IMG/VR virus record: IMGVR_UViG_3300049001_000044
Span: 62,001 to 126,000 of that record
Direction: 5' to 3' (one strand)
Length of the DNA stretch: 64,000 nucleotides
The notes beneath the pieces are model-generated. The model ran no database searches. It saw only the letters and a program-made list of their open reading frames with translations, and was not told where the DNA came from. Position 1 is the first letter of the stretch. Every line of letters begins with the position of its first letter. Position numbers and translations under genes: made by a program. This document shows, piece by piece, positions 37,213-46,443 of this stretch.

Positions 37213-37588
37213 CGATCGTCAAACCTCTGCCTATCCGTATGTCGAAGTTTTCAGGAGGAACAAAGAGTTGGTTAGTATCTTCAAATCGTCCTTTTGAAAT
37301 TCGATCCACCCACACAATGAACGCGTCACCGAAAGCCACTCTGCATTCTGGCAGCGGACAGACAAAGTCGGCAACGCAGGGTGTATTAGCACGCAGAACC
37401 GTTTGGCAGAGCCAGCCCATCCTTCTTGCTTGTTCGATGCGATCCTCAACACTGAACTTGAGGTCCTTGTTGAGATTGCCGCGCACCTCATCGGCGTTCC
37501 AATGTACTGCACCAAGTCTCTTAGCCAGCTCTATTGCCAGTGCGGTCTTACCGCTACCGGGCAGTCCCATGATTAAGATTGGCTTCAT
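37172..37588 (-). CDS. adenylyl-sulfate kinase-like P-loop kinase
   Basis: GLPGSGKT, AD.VR..L..DL.FS.EDR. Confidence 0.8.
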   Translation of the reverse strand: MKPILIMGLPGSGKTALAIELAKRLGAVHWNADEVRGNLNKDLKFSVEDRIEQARRMGWLCQTVLRANTPCVADFVCPLPECRVAFGDAFIVWVDRISKGRFEDTNQLFVPPENFDIRIGRGLTIDEEVDVILENYCA

Positions 37589-38273
37589 CGAAAATCTCCT
37601 TCAGTTGGGTAAAGTTCATCACGAACTTGGCCTTGTCGCCGAACTCGATAGTGTTCTTTTGTAGATTGAAAGGCTTGACGGGTAAGCCCACCAATTGACA
37701 GAACTTTTGGGCGTTCGCCGCGAATAGATCCTCGACAAAAACGTGATGAGGATTGCCTAAGTCGATATTTCTATTTTGTTGATACTCTTCAATGCGATGC
37801 CTCCAATGGGCGACATCAATCAGGATTGGGTTCGCAGCGAGTGCCACCTTGTGCTCTTCCATCCTCTGCCCTGGGATGTACCAGTTGAGATGGATGCTGA
37901 TGGCTTGGCTCAGTAGTTGGTTAAAGAGGTCTCTTCGTTCAACCAAAATCACGTGATCGAACGACGCGATGGTTTCCTTCAAGAGGTCTGGGTATTTTAC
38001 CAGGCGTTCTTGGTGGATCTTCGCTACTAAGGGAGCCTCAGCTTTGCGAACTACGTCGATTCGATTTTGGAAAAATTCCCTTGACGAATGTTCAATGAAA
38101 TCGCCGTGTGTGGTGACGATCCTACCCTCATCAACAAACAGCCGAACATGCTTAACCATCCCATTGTACATGTCGGTGGGATGGTTCGACGGACCCAAGT
38201 AGTTGATGATGTTTCGACTTACGAACTTAGATCCAGTTCTGGGTAACCCGAAGATCAGAACTTTGATGTTCAT
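37554..38273 (-). CDS. sulfotransferase-like protein
   Basis: PAPS-binding GLPRTGS; RRD...LS motif. Confidence 0.7.
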   Translation of the reverse strand: MNIKVLIFGLPRTGSKFVSRNIINYLGPSNHPTDMYNGMVKHVRLFVDEGRIVTTHGDFIEHSSREFFQNRIDVVRKAEAPLVAKIHQERLVKYPDLLKETIASFDHVILVERRDLFNQLLSQAISIHLNWYIPGQRMEEHKVALAANPILIDVAHWRHRIEEYQQNRNIDLGNPHHVFVEDLFAANAQKFCQLVGLPVKPFNLQKNTIEFGDKAKFVMNFTQLKEIFDEANLNHGTAR

Positions 38274-38578
38274 GCGTAAGTCGCTGGCTTGAAAGTCCAG
38301 AAGGCGTTGTAGGATTCGTTGTATCCTGGCTTATCATAGACGACGTGCCAGCCAGCTTCGCGGAAAACATCCTCAATGTCTAGCAGCTTGTTGTCAAAGA
38401 CTTGATTGCTGGTGAGGGACAAAGCTTCCATCACCTTCGACAGAGCCTCGTCTTGCTTGATGTGGGCAGTCCGACCATTGTAGTGCTTGGCGATCAGATC
38501 GTTGAAGACCTTGATCACCTCAGGAGGGATGGACTTGATTTGCTTTTCTTTAACTTCGTGGGGACGGATTGGTTGCAT
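38270..38578 (-). CDS. hypothetical phage protein
   Basis: ORF with RBS. Confidence 0.65.
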   Translation of the reverse strand: MQPIRPHEVKEKQIKSIPPEVIKVFNDLIAKHYNGRTAHIKQDEALSKVMEALSLTSNQVFDNKLLDIEDVFREAGWHVVYDKPGYNESYNAFWTFKPATYA

Positions 38579-38639
38579 GTTAGCTCCTTTCTGTAACAGA
38601 GCTATTGTACTTCTGTATTATTCAGAAGAAATCTTCTAC

Positions 38640-38729
38640 CTGAGGTGCTCAGAGACCTCCAGAGACCTCCTATGCGGTCGATGTATGCAACAACACCCAG
38701 ACAGACCCTTCATCTCTGGGCCTCATCTG
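38640..38729. repeat. dispersed intergenic repeat cassette
   Basis: CTGAGGTGCTCAGAGACCTCC (identical to 9231-9251) and CATCTCTGGGCCTCATCTG (reverse complement of 45457-45475). Confidence 0.9.
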
Positions 38730-38753
38730 GGTGTTCGTAGAGGTATCGGAAAC

Positions 38754-39041
38754 CTAGAAGAAGGCAGCACCGTAGTCGTTAAGACGGATCAGTGCAGTAT
38801 CCTGCTCCCCACGGCTTTCCAATTTCAGGGTATCGGACTTGCCATGGCACTCATCGAGGAACCCGGTCGAGGACAGGAAGCCTGCACTTATGGGAGTCGC
38901 AGTGGAACCTTCCCAATGTTTCTCTAGTGTTGGTTGAACCGCTTCCGCGATGAGGGAGTGCACGCACAGCTCAGGAAAGACGATGGGAACTTCAAGCCCA
39001 CCGCCATCCTTGAAGTCGACCCTGAAGATCACGTACTTCAT
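38754..39041 (-). CDS. hypothetical protein
   Basis: ORF. Confidence 0.65.
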   Translation of the reverse strand: MKYVIFRVDFKDGGGLEVPIVFPELCVHSLIAEAVQPTLEKHWEGSTATPISAGFLSSTGFLDECHGKSDTLKLESRGEQDTALIRLNDYGAAFF

Positions 39042-39493
39042 GCGGTCATTCCGTAAATGAGGGATGCATTCTCACGGATCGCTGCGAAGTTCAGTATTTC
39101 CAGGATCGCGGTGAGATGCTTCCGGTCGGCCACACGTTCAGGGTAGGCCTTCATGATGAACTCGTACGCGCTGCTCGGGCCAGTGCAGGAGTTCTGGCAT
39201 TCGCCGGCCACGATGTGGATGATGTCGGCGATTGTGAGCGGGGTGTTCCAGCTTTCGATCAGCTTCAGGAGCTTGTCCTTGTCCTCGGGGAAGAAGTAGC
39301 CGATGTCAGGTTCGTGGGCTTCCATGTCGTCTTCCATGTCGCTAACCGCCTGGCATTCCTGGGCAGTGGCAGCATAGAGTTGAATGCCCTTCTTGCCCAG
39401 CGCTTCGATCATGGCCGTGACGTCTTCCTCCTCGAGGCGAATCACTGCATTGCGGCGGGTATCAGTGGGATGAACCAAAGTAAATTGCCTCAT
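39038..39493 (-). CDS. hypothetical protein
   Basis: Start re-called at MRQFTL. Confidence 0.6.
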   Translation of the reverse strand: MRQFTLVHPTDTRRNAVIRLEEEDVTAMIEALGKKGIQLYAATAQECQAVSDMEDDMEAHEPDIGYFFPEDKDKLLKLIESWNTPLTIADIIHIVAGECQNSCTGPSSAYEFIMKAYPERVADRKHLTAILEILNFAAIRENASLIYGMTA

Positions 39494-39762
39494 GGCATGT
39501 CCTTTGCGAGGGTTACACGGAAGTGGCCAGGATTGACCAGGTAGCTCATCTTGAACGTCCCATTCTTGTTGCCCAGGGGCTTGCGAATGTGGCGATACGA
39601 GTACTTCGCGATTGCCGCACGAACGGCCTGAAACTCGGCGGAGTCCTTGTAGGGGATATCCACGAAGGAACCCGCTGTCTTTTTCGCGGCCAGCTCCTTG
39701 AGGTGGTTCTCGACCATGGTCTCGAGCTCTGACTTGGTCTCCATCAATTCTTGAACTTTCAA
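39490..39762 (-). CDS. hypothetical, putative head-packaged protein (MKVQELME)
   Basis: TTG start after AAGGAG. Confidence 0.6.
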   Translation of the reverse strand: MKVQELMETKSELETMVENHLKELAAKKTAGSFVDIPYKDSAEFQAVRAAIAKYSYRHIRKPLGNKNGTFKMSYLVNPGHFRVTLAKDMP

Positions 39763-39773
39763 TGTCGCGCTCC

Positions 39774-40052
39774 TTACGGCAGTTTGGAGAAGTCCAACCC
39801 TGCTTCGTCGAGGGTGTGGTTCTTGAAGTCGCGGATGTAGTTCGAGAAGTCCATCTCGTAGCGGAAGGACACCTCGTCGCCCACACTCAGCAGGCGTAGC
39901 TTCGCGAGCTCTACCTTGCTCTGTCCCAGCGTTTGACCTTCGTACACAGTCTTCTGCCCTTCGACAACCATCGTCAGGGTAATCATGCCGCCGCGTTCTT
40001 CCATCATGCGTACGCGCTGCACCTTACCACGATTCACCAAATGTGCCATCAT
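39774..40052 (-). CDS. hypothetical protein
   Basis: GAGGAG RBS. Confidence 0.6.
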   Translation of the reverse strand: MMAHLVNRGKVQRVRMMEERGGMITLTMVVEGQKTVYEGQTLGQSKVELAKLRLLSVGDEVSFRYEMDFSNYIRDFKNHTLDEAGLDFSKLP

Positions 40053-40096
40053 CGTTCTCCTCAAAAAGTGGGAGGGTTGGTTCCCTCCCGTTCATC

Positions 40097-41491
40097 TTAT
40101 ACAGCGATCATGTTGCGGCCCTTGAACTCCAGGACTGCGTCATCAGCCATTTCCACGACCTTGTCGAAGCGGATACCGCCACTTGCATCCTTGCGGTTGA
40201 GGGTGGGGAAGCGGAGGGATGCGTGCTTCTTCGCCTTCGTCTTCGACACTTCCTGGAACTTGATCACGGCCGTGGCACCCAGGTATTTCTTGGGGTTAGC
40301 CAGCATGTCTGCCCGCATGTCATCGTTCAGACCCGAGCCGACACAGGTTTCGAAGTAGATGCCATCGTCAGTCCAGCCCGCCACCACGATGCCGCCGACG
40401 GTATTCGCGAGGCGGGATTTGGGGCGACCGTAGTAGAAGCCAATGATGCGAGCGTCCGCCGGGTAGAAGCGCTTGACCTTGATCCAGGTGAAGGTGCGAT
40501 CCCACTCATAAGTGCTGTTCAGGTTCTTCAGGATCAGGCCCTCGATCTTCCTCGCCTTGTTCTCCGGCATGTCGATGGCTTCGTCGCAGTACTCCAGCAT
40601 GTCCGCCTCGTCTTGAACGATGCGTCCTTCCGTGAGGATGATCTTCTTCAGGCCCAGGGCTGGCAGGAGTTCAGCCAGGTACGCACGATTCTGTTCCATC
40701 GTGATGCCGCATTTCTGTGCCATCCAGTCCGTGAGCGGCATGAGGAAGAATGCGCGGAGCCGGAGGGATGCCTTGGCCTCGGTGTTGCCCGCTTTCTTCG
40801 CGTTCACTGTGGCCTCAAAGCCCAGGTCAGAGATGCGTTCGCAGTCCAACACGTAGTCGAATCCCAAGTGGTTGCGAATCTTGTAGAGCTCTTCGTCGAA
40901 GAGGCCGAGGATGTGGGAGGATTGTTTGCCCGACCGGGAGAAGGGGAGGATTTCGTCCTTCTTGACCATGATGATCGTGCGCTCGCCGTCGTACTTGAAG
41001 TCGGCTTGGCAGGGGAAGGTGATGTAGTCCCCGAATTCCATGTCCTCACCCATCTTCTCGGCCAGCATGACCTCGAAGGAAGGGATCACCCCGTACTTGT
41101 CCTTCAGCACCTTGTTCACAGTGTCGGCGGAGAAGCCCGCTTTCAGGTCCTTGTCCAGGATTCGTGCGAGGTAGCGTTGGGTTTCGTGGTCGAAGTAGGA
41201 GAGGGAGTCTGACACCGCCTCTCGTGCGTCATTGCCCGTGAGCTCCTTTGCATCCAGCTTGTCGAGGAGCTGGAAGAACCGGTCGTAATCCTTCTGGGAT
41301 GCGGGGACCTTCGCATCGTCTCCCGGCATATCGAATTTGCGAACGCCGAAAACGCGGAAGGGATTCTGAGCTTCCCAGATCAGCCGCCAGGTATTCTTGT
41401 CGGCTTGTTGCAGGGCAGCCACAATGGCTTTCTTAGTCCCAGCACCGCCAGCAGATTCCGCGGCTTTGATGACTTGTACGAAGTTACTCAT
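40097..41491 (-). CDS. ATP-dependent DNA ligase (T4 gp30-like)
   Basis: KYDGER, EGLILK, WIKVK, VGSG, SLRFP. Confidence 0.92.
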   Translation of the reverse strand: MSNFVQVIKAAESAGGAGTKKAIVAALQQADKNTWRLIWEAQNPFRVFGVRKFDMPGDDAKVPASQKDYDRFFQLLDKLDAKELTGNDAREAVSDSLSYFDHETQRYLARILDKDLKAGFSADTVNKVLKDKYGVIPSFEVMLAEKMGEDMEFGDYITFPCQADFKYDGERTIIMVKKDEILPFSRSGKQSSHILGLFDEELYKIRNHLGFDYVLDCERISDLGFEATVNAKKAGNTEAKASLRLRAFFLMPLTDWMAQKCGITMEQNRAYLAELLPALGLKKIILTEGRIVQDEADMLEYCDEAIDMPENKARKIEGLILKNLNSTYEWDRTFTWIKVKRFYPADARIIGFYYGRPKSRLANTVGGIVVAGWTDDGIYFETCVGSGLNDDMRADMLANPKKYLGATAVIKFQEVSKTKAKKHASLRFPTLNRKDASGGIRFDKVVEMADDAVLEFKGRNMIAV

Positions 41492-41612
41492 TCTTGGTTA
41501 ACCTCAGTTTGTTGTTTTGATAATGTTATTATACCAAGGTTCCTGCAAAAGTACACAACTTTTTTCACTCGTGCCACATAAATATCTGGACGAACCCTAG
41601 ATCTAGGAACCC

Positions 41613-42260
41613 ATGACCATGATCAATCTCGAAAACTTTAAACCTATAAAGCCTTGGCCGACTACAGGCTTCATGCACAACGACAAAATGTTCAGTGATG
41701 AAGATTTTGCGAAGCTCAAGAACTTCAATTTTCGTAAGTGCCAACTCACTGCGGCTGAAGGCAATCGTAAGAGCAAACAGTACTGGAGAACCCAGGACAT
41801 TGACCCAAATGATCCAGCAGAAGTTCTGATCAAACAGACTCTAGAGCAGCTTGATGATTGGGAAGTTCTCAAAGCACTTACCCTCAAAGCATTAGCAAAT
41901 GAAGGACTAACTCCGTCAGATGTGTGGACTGGTGATATCGATGATCTGAAGGATCACTACCTCGGCGTGTTCTGTGCCGTTCATGAAGATGACGCAGAAT
42001 ACTATTTGACGACCCACCTAGATTCAAGACCACTTCTTCAAGTGTACATTGAACCAGATGGGGCGCCAGTTGGAACATACTTCTATGAGATGGATGATTA
42101 CTCGAAGTTTGTGCAGTTGCCATTCAAAGAAAACACTGGATATTTCCAGCTTCATGTTAGACGTGGCTGGCACAGCGTGAGGAACATTCCTGGCGTAACG
42201 AGGCGTTCGATAATTTTCGGGTGGAACATGATGTTCAGTGACAGATTTAGAATGAAATAA
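41613..42260 (+). CDS. 2OG-Fe(II) oxygenase-like protein
   Basis: HLD...GT.F...WHSV...RRS; late promoter CATAAATA at 41577-41584. Confidence 0.7.
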   Translation: MTMINLENFKPIKPWPTTGFMHNDKMFSDEDFAKLKNFNFRKCQLTAAEGNRKSKQYWRTQDIDPNDPAEVLIKQTLEQLDDWEVLKALTLKALANEGLTPSDVWTGDIDDLKDHYLGVFCAVHEDDAEYYLTTHLDSRPLLQVYIEPDGAPVGTYFYEMDDYSKFVQLPFKENTGYFQLHVRRGWHSVRNIPGVTRRSIIFGWNMMFSDRFRMK

Positions 42261-42269
42261 AAAGGGAGC

Positions 42270-42860
42270 CTAGGCTCCCTTTACTTGATCGATTGCCCAC
42301 TTTCGTTCTGTGCAGTGGAAGCAAACTCCGCATGGTGGAATGCTATCATGCTTGGGACATGAACGAGTTAAATCGAGCAAATCATTTACACCAAGCAATG
42401 AGTACAGATAGATCGTCGCGCGCTTATCGAATGTCACGAACGGTGTTGCGTACCCTCTGTACTTGTTATCCATTGCAGTCAATGGACGCATTGGCTTAGG
42501 TCCAGTGTAATCCCAGTTGATTGGATTTTGAGTCACGCCAGTGTAGAGCCAATCGACTTGCTCCATGGTTTCGTAGATGTCTCTACGAAGCAATCCATTC
42601 TCAAGAACGAACTCATGCACCCTAGATCGCAAATCCACGTTGAATTTGTTTTCAAGATAGATGAGTGTGTTATCAATCGAGGCATTCTTCAAGTCTTTTC
42701 GGTACACGACAAAAATTTTGTCAGGCACGACCCCATTTACAAGTAGGCAGTACAGAAGAATTACACTGTCTGCCCCGCCCGAATACGAGATGCCGGTCAT
42801 CCCATCATGCAGCGGGATGATCACGTTTCGATAGGGGGTCTTGTAAATGATTTCCTTCAT
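42270..42860 (-). CDS. QueC-like PP-loop ATPase
   Basis: SYSGGADS; TRSC..CGVCFHCTERKWA. Confidence 0.75.
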   Translation of the reverse strand: MKEIIYKTPYRNVIIPLHDGMTGISYSGGADSVILLYCLLVNGVVPDKIFVVYRKDLKNASIDNTLIYLENKFNVDLRSRVHEFVLENGLLRRDIYETMEQVDWLYTGVTQNPINWDYTGPKPMRPLTAMDNKYRGYATPFVTFDKRATIYLYSLLGVNDLLDLTRSCPKHDSIPPCGVCFHCTERKWAIDQVKGA

Positions 42861-44434
42861 TACGACTTGATACCTTTACCTTGGACTGATTCTTGATCAA
42901 CCTCTTCTAGGAAGGTGAACGAGCTTGATGCGCTCAACTCATCTAGCATTGGTTTGATATCAGACGATACAGCATCTGGTGTCACCAAGAAGAAATAAAT
43001 CTTGGGTGAGACGAATGTAATGCCTGGACAGTGTAGAGTCACGGTGAACCACATCTGCTTAACATTCTCGCCTGGGGCTAGTTGTGTCCCTGGAGTGATT
43101 CGGATACCAACCACGCCGTCATCAGACACTACCGAGTTTTGCAAGATAGTAGCCATCTCAGCATCACCAAATTGCAGCGAGAAGACCAGGTCTTCTTTTT
43201 CAATCTGGGATAGCACGTTAACTGGCATCAGCATTTTCACGTCGACCTTCATATCAGCAGTGCCGCCGAGGGTGTTCGTACCCAGATACTGGATGTTGTT
43301 ATCTGGAAGCGAGTTAGTGTCTGGGCGATGCAGAAGACGATTTTCTGTTTGACTCACCTTATCATTCAAAATCAGCGCATTGTAGGTCGAATCGGCGATC
43401 ATGACGTCCTTCACCTCTTGCGCCATTGGGGCGATCTTGTTGATGCCGAACAGTGCCGATGCAACGCCACTTGCCAACGCGGCCGAGAAAGAAGAACCGG
43501 TGTTAAGCGTGTACTCATCTACCGCATTGAAGCCCGCAACGTCAACGTCTTTAGCTGGCGCATACAGATCAATTTTCTTGTTCACACCATAAACCTCAGC
43601 GAATTCATGATCGTCACTAGTGCTACCTGCAACGGTGAAAACACCCGCCAGACCAGCAGGAGTAACCTCGTCGATGTTTGTGAGAGTGTTACCAGCAGCC
43701 GCAACAACCATCATGCCTGCATCGATGAGTTTGGTAATTTTCGCGTTGATGTACTCGCTCGCTGGGATACGCCACGACATATTCACGACCATTGGCACAT
43801 CGAGTTTCGTCTGACGGTATTCGTAGACTTGGTCGATCAAATCACCCAGTTCACTGATGGATGGTTTGCGAGTAGCATCGCTGACCTTTACGATCTTGAG
43901 TGTTGCGTTCTTGTTGACACCGAGCGTTTTACCAGCTACGAGAGATGCAATTGCAGTGCCGTGACCCAACGTATCTTCGGTGTCAGTGAAATCGGGGAGG
44001 GTGAAGAGGTCTTCGATTTGCACGCCCTCGAACTCGACGTGGTCCTTTCTGATTCCGCTATCCATCACAATAACTTCTACCGATCGCTGCGCTTCAACAG
44101 TCGCAAGATATGGGTTGGCGACAAATGGGGCGTAGCGATTTGCGATTCGATTCTGCGCCCACCCCAGCATTTTGATTGGTGCTTCAGCAGGTTCTAGGAT
44201 TTCGCCTGCTTGAATACGACTGACGGGATCGGCAACTATTTCAGTGGTCCAGCCATCGTCGGTCTTTACATGAAACAGAATAGGCTCGCCAACAGCCACG
44301 CAGGACACAAGTCCTTCGGCTTTCAGAGCCATGTTAATCAAGCCGATCGGAATGTTTGACAGATCGGTCTCGTCAGTCTTGAGCAAGAACAGGTTAGCTT
44401 GCTCAGTAGTTGCGAAGGTTAGTTGAAGTTTCAT
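42860..44434 (-). CDS. S8 subtilisin-like serine protease
   Basis: DSGI, HGT, AAAGN, GSSFSA catalytic triad motifs. Confidence 0.9.
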   Translation of the reverse strand: MKLQLTFATTEQANLFLLKTDETDLSNIPIGLINMALKAEGLVSCVAVGEPILFHVKTDDGWTTEIVADPVSRIQAGEILEPAEAPIKMLGWAQNRIANRYAPFVANPYLATVEAQRSVEVIVMDSGIRKDHVEFEGVQIEDLFTLPDFTDTEDTLGHGTAIASLVAGKTLGVNKNATLKIVKVSDATRKPSISELGDLIDQVYEYRQTKLDVPMVVNMSWRIPASEYINAKITKLIDAGMMVVAAAGNTLTNIDEVTPAGLAGVFTVAGSTSDDHEFAEVYGVNKKIDLYAPAKDVDVAGFNAVDEYTLNTGSSFSAALASGVASALFGINKIAPMAQEVKDVMIADSTYNALILNDKVSQTENRLLHRPDTNSLPDNNIQYLGTNTLGGTADMKVDVKMLMPVNVLSQIEKEDLVFSLQFGDAEMATILQNSVVSDDGVVGIRITPGTQLAPGENVKQMWFTVTLHCPGITFVSPKIYFFLVTPDAVSSDIKPMLDELSASSSFTFLEEVDQESVQGKGIKS

Positions 44435-44462
44435 ACGTTCATCCTTGAGGTTGTCTTCTCTA

Positions 44463-45413
44463 TTACTTATTGAGTAGGGAGAATTGGTTGTTGAGTTTTG
44501 TCAGTCTTCTTTCAACTGACGGTGACAGGCGCAATTCACTGCCATACTCGGGGTATTTTCCATGATTTGGATGTCGATACAGCTTCTCGAACATCCAAGC
44601 ATCGTGCGTCTGACTCTCAATCTGCTTCTTAACTAATTCGAAGCCGTTGAACTTTTGCTCCTGTGGGATTACGTCCAAGCCGTTGAGCCACATTCCTTTA
44701 AGCTTGCACCCATACCAGTCGATCTTCTCCTTGTTGATCGTCCGCATGTTAGGTTGCTGAAGCATGAAAGGGATTGCAATGTCCCTGCTGTAGGACAGGA
44801 AGTTTCCAAATATAGGAAACTTGTTCAACTTTGCGAACGTCATCCACGCAGATTGTGATCGTGTTGAAATGAACTCCCACTTTTCGTCTCGAAGACAGGG
44901 TGGGTTGCCACCACAGATGATCGAGGTGGCGTTGTTTTCCATGATGAGCATCTCGTAGAAGTAGAAATGCGTTGCGAACTGCGGTGATGGACATTCATAT
45001 CGCTCCACGAATTCCATTCTATCCCTTGACAGGAACCGCATGATGTCGACCTCATGCACGATGAAGGGTACCGCATTTAGCGCGCAAAAGTTCAACGCAC
45101 TCGTGACATCATGTTGGTTCAAATCGTCCTTGAACCTGAGGATGGCGGCGGTGAAAGGAACACCATTCCGTTTCAAAGCCAAACATGCTGCTTGGCTATC
45201 CACCCCGCCACTCAGTGCCACGAGCGGATTGTCTCCTAATTGGTTACCCAACCGTTTCACTGCATTGTCGAACCTCACACGCATTTCGTCGCAGGTGAAG
45301 CTCGCCACGTTGATGAAAGTGGTCGTGCTTTTCGATAGGCGCCACACGATTGTTCTATCCTCAAGGGTAGGATAGATCCAATCTTTTTCGAAGGGTTCGT
45401 AAGTGTGGTCCAT
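44463..45413 (-). CDS. PP-loop (asparagine synthetase/adenine-nucleotide alpha-hydrolase-like) protein
   Basis: VALSGGVDSQ. Confidence 0.65.
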   Translation of the reverse strand: MDHTYEPFEKDWIYPTLEDRTIVWRLSKSTTTFINVASFTCDEMRVRFDNAVKRLGNQLGDNPLVALSGGVDSQAACLALKRNGVPFTAAILRFKDDLNQHDVTSALNFCALNAVPFIVHEVDIMRFLSRDRMEFVERYECPSPQFATHFYFYEMLIMENNATSIICGGNPPCLRDEKWEFISTRSQSAWMTFAKLNKFPIFGNFLSYSRDIAIPFMLQQPNMRTINKEKIDWYGCKLKGMWLNGLDVIPQEQKFNGFELVKKQIESQTHDAWMFEKLYRHPNHGKYPEYGSELRLSPSVERRLTKLNNQFSLLNK

Positions 45414-45456
45414 GGACGTATTTATCCATGAACCATCAAGGCACCTCCTGGTGCCT

Positions 45457-45475
45457 CAGATGAGGCCCAGAGATG
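45457..45475. repeat. dispersed repeat CAGATGAGGCCCAGAGATG
   Basis: Matches 18984, 25808 and 38711 copies. Confidence 0.85.
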
Positions 45476-45484
45476 CGAGGGATT

Positions 45485-45892
45485 TTAAGATGATGACTTA
45501 TTAGTCCGAAGGAACCGTTCCATCTCGTATAAACCTGGGGCGTGGTGCTTTTCGTTCACGTACGCGGAAACTTCCCGGAAGGTGAACTCGGCCACGCTGA
45601 TATACTCGCAGCGCTGCATGTACTTCTCAGCAAGGGTAACGTCCACGTACGTGTCGCCGTGCTTTACCCACGCGTGCTCGATTGGAGCCCCACCTTCAAG
45701 GATGAGGAATCCCAGCACGTACTTCGTGCTGTCATCGGAGACTTCGTGGAGGACAACCCTAAATGCATTGTTGAAGCACTGGCTCTGTTCGCTGCGGGCA
45801 TGGACTTTGGAGGTCACGTGAACCTCCTTGACGTCTACTGGCAAATACCGGTAATTCGACGCCATCATTTTGACGAGCTCGAGGGCGTTCAT
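45485..45892 (-). CDS. hypothetical protein (Cys-His-Asp, transglutaminase/papain-like)
   Basis: CFNNA...HAWV...DVT. Confidence 0.55.
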   Translation of the reverse strand: MNALELVKMMASNYRYLPVDVKEVHVTSKVHARSEQSQCFNNAFRVVLHEVSDDSTKYVLGFLILEGGAPIEHAWVKHGDTYVDVTLAEKYMQRCEYISVAEFTFREVSAYVNEKHHAPGLYEMERFLRTNKSSS

Positions 45893-46174
45893 TGGGGACT
45901 CCTTAAAGGAGGTATTTATGCTGGCCGGTTCTCACTCAGCCATTTTGCCTTCTGGGCCATTCCCTCAGGATCCTTTTCCACCTGCTCACGGGCAAACTGA
46001 TCCACAAAGTCCACCTCCCAGGGTTCCAACTTTCTTTCAAAATCCTGCTCGTGGATGAAGATGAGTTCTTGAAGGAGCTCGGCTGCGATCGTTTCTTTCC
46101 GCCGCCATCCTGCCCGTGCCACACTGTTGATATGCAACACGATGAGGACGGACAGGATGATTGCCTGACCACGA

Positions 46175-46390
46175 TCAGTGAACACGGCTTTTCCCCAGTG
46201 CTTTGTCGGCCATAATGATGGAGTCGATCGAGGACTGCAAGTTTTCGTACACCGACTGCAGGTGACTGCGCTGGACATCATCGCCCGTCTCCGAGATCAT
46301 CTGCTCCACCCGCTGTTTCTGCACGTGCAGATCGATCGCCAAGATGCTGTAGGCATTACTTTTCCAATTACGATTCGTGAGACTCATCAC
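46175..46390 (-). CDS. hypothetical protein
   Basis: ORF with RBS. Confidence 0.55.
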   Translation of the reverse strand: MMSLTNRNWKSNAYSILAIDLHVQKQRVEQMISETGDDVQRSHLQSVYENLQSSIDSIIMADKALGKSRVH

Positions 46391-46443
46391 TTCCTCCCAG
46401 GAAAAGGGGGCCCGAAATCCTTTCCATTCCGGGCCACTTGACT

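Noticed and set aside
10864-41212. Long plus-strand ORFs (e.g. 10864-11904, 14880-15797, 26183-27340, 40043-41212)
   Set aside because: They are antisense shadows of well-supported minus-strand genes with biased codon usage.
42270-42860. Firm queC / 7-deazaguanine DNA modification call
   Set aside because: Only PP-loop and Cys-cluster motifs are present; partner genes are absent from the window and the late context suggests another role.
9233-45475. CRISPR array or IS/MITE interpretation of the dispersed repeats
   Set aside because: The repeats are not tandem with regular spacers, and there is no cas gene, transposase or target-site duplication.
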